Below, in pieces: positions 48,422 to 54,102 of a DNA stretch of 54,102 nt. The notes beneath the pieces are model-generated. The model was not told the DNA's origin. It saw only the letters and a program-made list of their open reading frames with translations, and did no database searches. The stretch lies in contig JAEMRK010000006.1 of NCBI GenBank assembly GCA_016463375.1, positions 1-54,102 of the forward strand, in the 5' to 3' direction. Source of the DNA: Parachlamydiales bacterium (GTDB taxonomy: Bacteria; Chlamydiota; Chlamydiia; Chlamydiales; JAEMRK01). A program made the translations under genes and the position numbers. How positions within the stretch are numbered: the stretch's first letter is position 1; each line of letters opens with the position of its first letter.

Positions 48422-49624
48422 TTAAGGATTTTGCTGCATGATCAATTTGAATCCAATAACGTTAGGAGCCCCCGATTTCTTAATTGCTTCATTACGGCCC
48501 TGAATAAGTTGGGGATCTGAAATAGCTTGGATTTTGGCATTAGACATTGTGAATATGTTCTGCACCCGAGCAAATCTTCTTTTTTCAAATGTATTTACGA
48601 ACGAAATAACTGAATGTGAATCCATCTGTTCTTTAAGAAGGTCTTGAATCACGTACGCATCTTCAAAAGCTTGAGCTGCTCCATTTTGTAACATAGGGCC
48701 AAAAGCATGAGCCGCATCGCCCACTAATAACACACGTGAAAAACCATCCAACTTAAATCTGACGCTATGGCTTTTTTCCATGTGGTGAATGTAGAAATTA
48801 AGATTTTGTTGATCAATGGCATGCATTGTTTTTGGAACGAGACCTCCGAAACTTAAAAATAGTTTTGAAAACGACTCAGATGGCAGACTTTTTTCAGATT
48901 GGAAAATATGGCCATAAACATAGATTTGATTGTTTAGCATTGGATAAAGCATGACCAAACGATCAGATCCTAGCATGTATGTAGGCATGGAAACTCCATC
49001 TAGCGAATCGATCACAGTTCTCCATACTAATAAGCCTAAATACTCAGGGAGCTCGTTTGGTTGAACCTGTCTGCGGATACATGAGTGAACTCCATCGCAG
49101 CCAACAACTAAATCATAGTACTTGATATCTCCATTTGAAAATTCAACTCTAACTAAGTCATTTTCTTCAGCAAAGTGCTTGATAGTAGTAGATGTTTGGA
49201 TTTGAATTCTTTTATCTAAATGAGATAAAAGTTGCTCAACCAATTTATCCCTAGTCAAAGAATAAAATTGAGCCCCTTCCGGATGTATGTCATCGATTTT
49301 TTCTTGAGCTAGAATTTCTCCTTGATCATCGGTGAATTGCATACTGTGTATCAGATAGGATTTCGAACTAATATCAATTCCTAGCTTATCCAAAGCCCAA
49401 GTGCCATTAGCAGGAATTGCAATGCCTGCACCATCAGACCGAATATTTTCGTCTTTTTCAATGATGTCAGGATAAATATTATTGTTTTGCAAGGCCTTTG
49501 CAACTGCAAGACCGCATGGACCGGCTCCTACAATGAGAACCTTAATACAATTTTCGGAAGCTGAAATAGAGGAAAACAAGAGATGGCTCACTATTAGGCT
49601 CCATAATAAAAGTAACTTTTTCAT
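48422..49624 (-). CDS. FAD-dependent monooxygenase (class A, UbiH/salicylate hydroxylase-like) with predicted signal peptide
   Basis: VLIVGAGPCGL, GAGI, VVGCDGVHSCIR (DG motif), LLVGDAAHAFGPMLQNGAAQAFEDA (GD motif); N-terminus MKKLLLLWSLIVSHLLFSSISA. Confidence 0.9.
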   Translation of the reverse strand: MKKLLLLWSLIVSHLLFSSISASENCIKVLIVGAGPCGLAVAKALQNNNIYPDIIEKDENIRSDGAGIAIPANGTWALDKLGIDISSKSYLIHSMQFTDDQGEILAQEKIDDIHPEGAQFYSLTRDKLVEQLLSHLDKRIQIQTSTTIKHFAEENDLVRVEFSNGDIKYYDLVVGCDGVHSCIRRQVQPNELPEYLGLLVWRTVIDSLDGVSMPTYMLGSDRLVMLYPMLNNQIYVYGHIFQSEKSLPSESFSKLFLSFGGLVPKTMHAIDQQNLNFYIHHMEKSHSVRFKLDGFSRVLLVGDAAHAFGPMLQNGAAQAFEDAYVIQDLLKEQMDSHSVISFVNTFEKRRFARVQNIFTMSNAKIQAISDPQLIQGRNEAIKKSGAPNVIGFKLIMQQNP

Positions 49625-49773
49625 GAATCAAAATTCTTTTTTTTATTTTTTATAAATAATATGAGATTTTGTTTTTTTTGTGTGAATATACCATTAAAAT
49701 AATTCAGCAAAAAAAAACTTCTTTCGAAGCATACTGTGAAAAGATATCATCTTTGATTATCAATTCTTAAATT

Positions 49774-50244
49774 ATGGATAGTTTCATGAATAGCACTAAA
49801 TTAAGCATTTTAGCCTTAACAAGTAATCATGAAAAAGAATGGGACTTTGCAAAAAAATTAAGACAGAAAAATTTTTTTGATCCGCTTTCTATTTCCGATC
49901 CGTTTACTTCGTTTTTTGATCATAAAGAACATGTTCACCTTATTCTTTGCAGAGATTCAGAAATGGTTGGTTATGCTCATATCCAATTATGGCCAGAACA
50001 TAGAGCCGCTTTAAGAATACTTGTAATTGATGAAGCCTATCGCAACTTTGGTTATGGTAGTGAGTTTCTACATCTTTGTGAACAATGGTTAAAAGAAAGG
50101 GGAGTTAAGTCAATTCACGACGAATCACGTCCCAGTTCTTTCAAATTTTATCTCAAAAATGGATATGTTGAGATGCCTTTTAATGATCCCAGCGGCGAAC
50201 CACCAAGTCCTTTTGACATTGCTGTTGGAAAGATACTTAATTAA
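49774..50244 (+). CDS. GNAT-family N-acetyltransferase
   Basis: Motif A VIDEAYRNFGYGSEFL and motif B FYLKNGY; resembles the GNAT module of GrpB-GNAT fusions of intracellular bacteria (recollection). Confidence 0.88.
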   Translation: MDSFMNSTKLSILALTSNHEKEWDFAKKLRQKNFFDPLSISDPFTSFFDHKEHVHLILCRDSEMVGYAHIQLWPEHRAALRILVIDEAYRNFGYGSEFLHLCEQWLKERGVKSIHDESRPSSFKFYLKNGYVEMPFNDPSGEPPSPFDIAVGKILN

Positions 50245-50273
50245 GTGTACCTAATTTATTAAGCTTTTAAGAA

Positions 50274-50402
50274 ATGGGATTTGATACTCTTTATAGTTAT
50301 CAAAGATTAGAGGATAAAAAATGTAATCCTAATTTAAAGATTATTATTAAAATTAAGAAAGCGTTTCGAGATTTTTCAATTGATTACGCAGTAAGTTATT
50401 AA
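50274..50402 (+). pseudogene. Truncated XRE-type HTH fragment (C-terminal end of a HicB-like antitoxin or regulator)
   Basis: Manual translation MGFDTLYSYQRLEDKKCNPNLKIIIKIKKAFRDFSIDYAVSY*; YQRLE...NP.L..I.KI is the recognition helix and helix 4 of a Cro/C1 HTH; an in-frame stop just upstream removes helices 1-2. Confidence 0.55.
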
Positions 50403-50428
50403 AATTATGTATGTAAATATTTTTTCTA

Positions 50429-51676
50429 TTAGATATTTACATTGAATTGAAAGCCTACAACTAAAGCATTGTCAATTGTACCGTAACCTTTAGGGTTAAT
50501 GATGTATTGAACGTCTGGCATAATACTAAACCATCCGCTGAAAATGAAATTATGGCTTAGCTCTATGACGGCCTCATAAGTTTGAGGCATATTGCCATAT
50601 GGTCCCATGATGCCAAAGCTTTTGGCTTGGTTTTGATTGAGACGCATATCTTTACTATAAGATCCGTAGATAAATCCAAGTGCAGTTGTATCAAGCGGTC
50701 TTTGAGGAAAAAGTCCTTGATAAACAAGACCACCGACTCCAAAGAAAGGGAATTCATTGCGATTTTTTGGACCAAAAATTAATCCAATGAACGGTGTTAA
50801 TCCACGATCCGTAATGCACCCACACTCCTCATGCCGATAAACTGTTTGATCGAATAAAAAATAGTAGTTGTAATTACCTTTGTGAGAATCTCCTAAAAAT
50901 TCTGGAAAGTTGCCTGTATAGTACATAAAGCCAACTTTGTAATTTCCAGGAAGGCCAGGAGAGTATTCTTCTTGGTTAACTAAATAAACCCATTCAGTAA
51001 TTAATTGTACGCCCACATCATTTTCAAATTCCCAGTCCATACCATGATAATGGTTTTGGCTTACACTTGCATTGGTATTATAGATGCCAAATTTTGCAAG
51101 TATGGTATCAATTGGCTTAAAGCTCAAATAAGCTGCCCACTGTGCGTTTGGATAAGCTGAAAACACACCATTAAAAAAGATACCAACTGGATTACCGCAA
51201 AAACCGTTGTTCATGAAGTCGCAATAAAGAGGAGATGCTAAAAAGTCATTACCTGCATCTAAGCGACCAGCTTTGAATAAAAACACATCACTGACAGCAT
51301 TTTGAATAAATAGCTCATTAAGCCGGAAGTTTTGTCCGCCCCAAACTTGCTGCACGTTGAATTGGTTATTGATTTTTTCTTTTGTTAAGCTGTTGCCTGA
51401 TCGCCATACCCATGAGTTATTTAATGACCAACCTGTCCAATTAAAGAGGTGATCTAAGTCAAAGATGATACCAAGACCCAAAGACCCAGCTTGTGCAAAT
51501 CCCTTCTTTTCACCACCGATTGGATTGGCTGCTACATCCATGGTATATGATGCTGTTACATCGATGCCATTATAACCAAGGCCTTCTCCAAAACCCCAAA
51601 AATTATGCGTTAGAGTATTCGCTGCATAAATTGAAGAAGAAAGCAGAGTCAAGATAATGAAAATGTATCGTTTCAC
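50429..51676 (-). CDS. Carbohydrate-selective porin, OprB family
   Basis: Signal peptide (GTG 51676, SD AGAGG), ANPIGG, FNVQQVWGGQ, KAGRL...DF, CDFMNNGFCGNP, RPLD..ALG, MPDVQYIINP, C-terminal beta-strand. Confidence 0.9.
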   Translation of the reverse strand: MKRYIFIILTLLSSSIYAANTLTHNFWGFGEGLGYNGIDVTASYTMDVAANPIGGEKKGFAQAGSLGLGIIFDLDHLFNWTGWSLNNSWVWRSGNSLTKEKINNQFNVQQVWGGQNFRLNELFIQNAVSDVFLFKAGRLDAGNDFLASPLYCDFMNNGFCGNPVGIFFNGVFSAYPNAQWAAYLSFKPIDTILAKFGIYNTNASVSQNHYHGMDWEFENDVGVQLITEWVYLVNQEEYSPGLPGNYKVGFMYYTGNFPEFLGDSHKGNYNYYFLFDQTVYRHEECGCITDRGLTPFIGLIFGPKNRNEFPFFGVGGLVYQGLFPQRPLDTTALGFIYGSYSKDMRLNQNQAKSFGIMGPYGNMPQTYEAVIELSHNFIFSGWFSIMPDVQYIINPKGYGTIDNALVVGFQFNVNI

Positions 51677-51747
51677 AAAACCTCTTCGGTTAGAAAACAT
51701 CTTTTTAGCAGCTGTAAATTTTTTTTAAAAGAATTTAACAAATAAGA

Positions 51748-51779
51748 GTTTTAAGAGGTTCTAAAGAACCTCTTAAAAC
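51748..51779 (-). terminator. Hairpin terminator downstream of the AAA+ gene
   Basis: GTTTTAAGAGGTTCT-AA-AGAACCTCTTAAAAC perfect 15-bp inverted repeat. Confidence 0.75.
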
Positions 51780-51789
51780 ATCAAAGATT

Positions 51790-53376
51790 TTAGTTAGATT
51801 TTGTCCAAAGAACATCCCATGAATCTTCAATATCGTTGTATTTAATAACCATAGTGCTATTTGCTGGAATTTTTTCTTTAACAATTGCGTATGAGATATT
51901 AGCCAAAACTGTTTTCTCGACCAATTTTTTTAATGGGCGAGCGCCAAGAGTTGGATGGTAGCCATTTTTAATCAAGAAATTACGAACACTTGAATCAATG
52001 ACAAGATCAATATTTTTGACAGTCTTAACACGATTGATTGTTTGTTTAATTTGAATATCAACTAAAGCATCCATTGTTTCAATTGACAAAGGTTTAAAAA
52101 TGATTGGTTCAACGCGATTGTAAAGCTCTGGTGACAGAGTACGCATTAATATTGGTTCAATCATGGCCAAAGTATCTTGAGCGCTAAAACCTTCTTTAAA
52201 TAGATTTGTGATCTCTTGAGAACACAAGTTAGAGGTTAAGATAAAGACCACTTGATTACAGGCAACTTCTTGATTTTTGGCATCTGTAATAAACCCTTCG
52301 TCAAACACTGGAAGAAATAGTTTGTGCACGAGTGGATGAGCTTTTTCAATCTCATCTAACAAAACAACCGATTGAGGGTAGTCCTTAATCGCTTCTGTTA
52401 ATTGGCCTCCTTGTTCATGATTCACGTAACCAGGAGGGGAACCGATCAAACGAGCAACAGTATGAGATTCTGAAAAGTGACTCATCTCAAAGCGAATGAG
52501 TTTTTCATTAGAACCATAGAGTTCTTGGCAAAGTACTTTTGCCAACTCTGTTTTACCAACACCTGTTGGTCCTAAAAACAAAAATGCGCCAACTGGTACA
52601 TTGTCTCCTTTAAGGCCAGAGCAGTAGTTTAATATGTGGTTGGCAAGAACACTTGTCGCTTCAGTTTGTGCTAAAACATGTTTGTTTAAATTTTCCTCTA
52701 AAGTAAGGACTTTATCAGCATCTATTATAGTATTAGTTGAAGATGAATCGTCATGAATTAATTTACAATTCATGCAGCCTCTTTTTAAATCGATATTCCA
52801 AATAAAATAGCCGGTATTACCATGCAAAATTAAGATGCGGTGATTAACTTTCCATCCAGAAAAATTCAATGTTAATGCTGAATGTTTAAAAATTAAACCA
52901 CTTCTTAGGATAATTTTTTGATCAGTTATTTTAGCTATTGAATCGACATGGCCTAGTTCTTGAATCTGACCCCAGGCGTGATTTGAAGCATCTATATTTT
53001 TTAAATCGTAATTGTTTTTACTAAAAATTGTTATATGAATTGAGATTTTGATTCTGTCTTTTGGTTTCCACGATTTGATTCGACTTGTATACCAGCTGCC
53101 TATTTTCCAAACTGAATTATTGGTCATCGTGATAACGCTATTTTCATAATCAACTGATTTGATGATGTAGTAAAATTCATTATCATTATTATTTTCATCG
53201 CCCTGATCAATACCCAATTGATATATAAGCTTATTGGCTTTGTTCCGTTCATTGGGAGTGAGCTTTTCGTGTCTTATGCCATGAATGGCAGGAATTCGCT
53301 CACAAGTCGGTTCATGTGCTTGTACAGACAAGCACATCATGGTTAATAATAAGGTTATGGAAAAAATCTTTTTCAT
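51790..53376 (-). CDS. Signal peptide + unknown duplicated domain + single ClpA/B D2-type AAA+ ATPase module (528 aa)
   Basis: Start moved to ATG 53376 (MKKIFSITLLLTMMCLSVQA-HE). Walker A GPTGVGKTE, pore loop LIGSPPGYV, Walker B LLDEIEKAH, sensor-1 ILTSN, Arg finger PELYNR, sensor-2 GARPL. No D1 ring, Clp-N or middle domain. Confidence 0.88.
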   Translation of the reverse strand: MKKIFSITLLLTMMCLSVQAHEPTCERIPAIHGIRHEKLTPNERNKANKLIYQLGIDQGDENNNDNEFYYIIKSVDYENSVITMTNNSVWKIGSWYTSRIKSWKPKDRIKISIHITIFSKNNYDLKNIDASNHAWGQIQELGHVDSIAKITDQKIILRSGLIFKHSALTLNFSGWKVNHRILILHGNTGYFIWNIDLKRGCMNCKLIHDDSSSTNTIIDADKVLTLEENLNKHVLAQTEATSVLANHILNYCSGLKGDNVPVGAFLFLGPTGVGKTELAKVLCQELYGSNEKLIRFEMSHFSESHTVARLIGSPPGYVNHEQGGQLTEAIKDYPQSVVLLDEIEKAHPLVHKLFLPVFDEGFITDAKNQEVACNQVVFILTSNLCSQEITNLFKEGFSAQDTLAMIEPILMRTLSPELYNRVEPIIFKPLSIETMDALVDIQIKQTINRVKTVKNIDLVIDSSVRNFLIKNGYHPTLGARPLKKLVEKTVLANISYAIVKEKIPANSTMVIKYNDIEDSWDVLWTKSN

Positions 53377-53459
53377 TACAAAATCCATCAAACATTTTAA
53401 GATGTCGCGAGTATAAATTTCGAAGATGTTAATTACTAGTATCGAATTGGACTGTATGC

Positions 53460-54102
53460 ATGAATGTAGATAAGTGGGCACAAATGCCACAACCTTTACA
53501 ATTTCAAATTTTAGAATCATTTGATGTGCAAACTTTTCGGAATTTAAATTTTGTTAGTAAAAGAGTTAACGAAATTGTGAAAGCCTATTTTACTTCGATT
53601 TTGAATAGTCAATCTCAAGAAACTCAAAAGGAGTTTGCTAAAAGCAATAAGTTGATTTCAAGTTATACAGAGATGCAGTTTTATTTCGAAAAATTAGAAA
53701 AACTATTACCCGTGGTTAAGATTTATAATGACGTGAGATGGAAAGGTAGATTGCAAAATCTATATAATGCGATTGTAGTAAAAAATGAAGGGTGCAAAGC
53801 ATCGTTACAATATTTTCAAATAAATATTAATGTTAAAAGCGATTTTGATAATTCAGTACCTTATCTAAAGTACGTTTACTGTCAAAATAAGATAACAAAA
53901 CCAGATTTACTAACAATTGCAAATAATTCTAAAGAATATCTACCTACTATTATAGTCCCGAATTCTTATGAAAATTCAGTTAGAGATTGTATGTTAAATT
54001 TTAATATTGATATTAACGCGATATGTTTAAAATGGATTACTTTAAACTCACAACTTACTAAAGAACAGCTTATTAATAAAATTAATAAGCATGTAACTAC
54101 TT
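53460..54102 (+). CDS. F-box-like protein, partial (runs off the right edge)
   Basis: Not in the ORF track. ATG 53460 opens a frame that is stop-free to the window end: MNVDKWAQMPQPLQFQILESFDVQTFRNLNFVSKRVNEIV..., matching the F-box pattern LP.E....I...L....L..L..VSK.W..l. Confidence 0.75.
   Translation, partial: MNVDKWAQMPQPLQFQILESFDVQTFRNLNFVSKRVNEIVKAYFTSILNSQSQETQKEFAKSNKLISSYTEMQFYFEKLEKLLPVVKIYNDVRWKGRLQNLYNAIVVKNEGCKASLQYFQININVKSDFDNSVPYLKYVYCQNKITKPDLLTIANNSKEYLPTIIVPNSYENSVRDCMLNFNIDINAICLKWITLNSQLTKEQLINKINKHVTT

Noticed and set aside
1706-50782. Numerous 60-140 aa ORFs antisense to or nested in recognised genes (e.g. 3252-3662, 4320-4637, 16104-16358, 29485-29826, 31591-32010)
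   Set aside because: Shadow frames of well-supported genes; the Gly-rich ones simply mirror Pro-rich linkers in ftsK and dnaX.
51790-52710. Interpreting the AAA+ module as a broken clpB pseudogene
   Set aside because: No D1 or middle-domain remnants upstream, no frameshifts, all catalytic motifs intact, in-frame fusion to a signal peptide domain and a dedicated terminator.
53377-53520. N-terminal 48 codons of the 576-aa AAA+ ORF in the track
   Set aside because: Overlaps the divergent F-box ORF starting at 53460 and would bury a clean signal peptide; ATG 53376 is the better start.
47127-54102. attR copy of the tRNA-Leu 3' end, or an integrase/transposase
   Set aside because: No convincing repeat (only a 6-nt TTCGAG near 50365) and no recombinase ORF found by eye.
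1-54102. CRISPR arrays, rRNA, long tandem DNA repeats, IS elements
   Set aside because: Intergenic spaces are short and none shows regularly spaced repeats, rRNA-like sequence or transposase-flanking terminal inverted repeats on manual reading.

Overview
AT-rich bacterial chromosome segment, almost certainly from an environmental member of the Chlamydiota. Diagnostic features are a CPAF protease, a murC-ddl fusion in a dcw cluster with no ftsA/ftsZ, a three-domain IspG, a stand-alone GroEL paralog, and the chlamydial comEC / SMI1-KNR4 / ptsH / ptsI / ybaB / dnaX neighbourhood. Most of the window is core genome: ftsK, uppP, ispG, ndh, hprK-ptsH-ptsI, dnaX, a PgpH-like phosphodiesterase, a phosphosugar mutase, aroA/K/C, coaX, rlmI and murF-mraY-murD-LysM-ftsW-murG-murC/ddl-ftsQ, plus tRNA-His, tRNA-Cys and tRNA-Leu. 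The most unusual part is the last ~8 kb. It holds a Fic protein with a degenerate catalytic motif and then, after tRNA-Leu, three enzymes that need cytosolic co-substrates yet carry apparent Sec signal peptides (a 2OG/Fe(II) dioxygenase, an FAD monooxygenase, and a single-ring ClpB-D2-type AAA+ ATPase with a duplicated N-terminal domain), together with an OprB-type porin, a GNAT, an HTH gene remnant and an F-box-like ORF missing from the ORF track. Other notable observations are a CIRCE-spaced inverted repeat upstream of the coaX-groEL paralog operon, a DUF6314-like/FMO gene pair, and a candidate -1 slippage site in dnaX. No CRISPR array, rRNA or intact mobile element was seen. All family calls come from reading motifs by eye; no searches were run.
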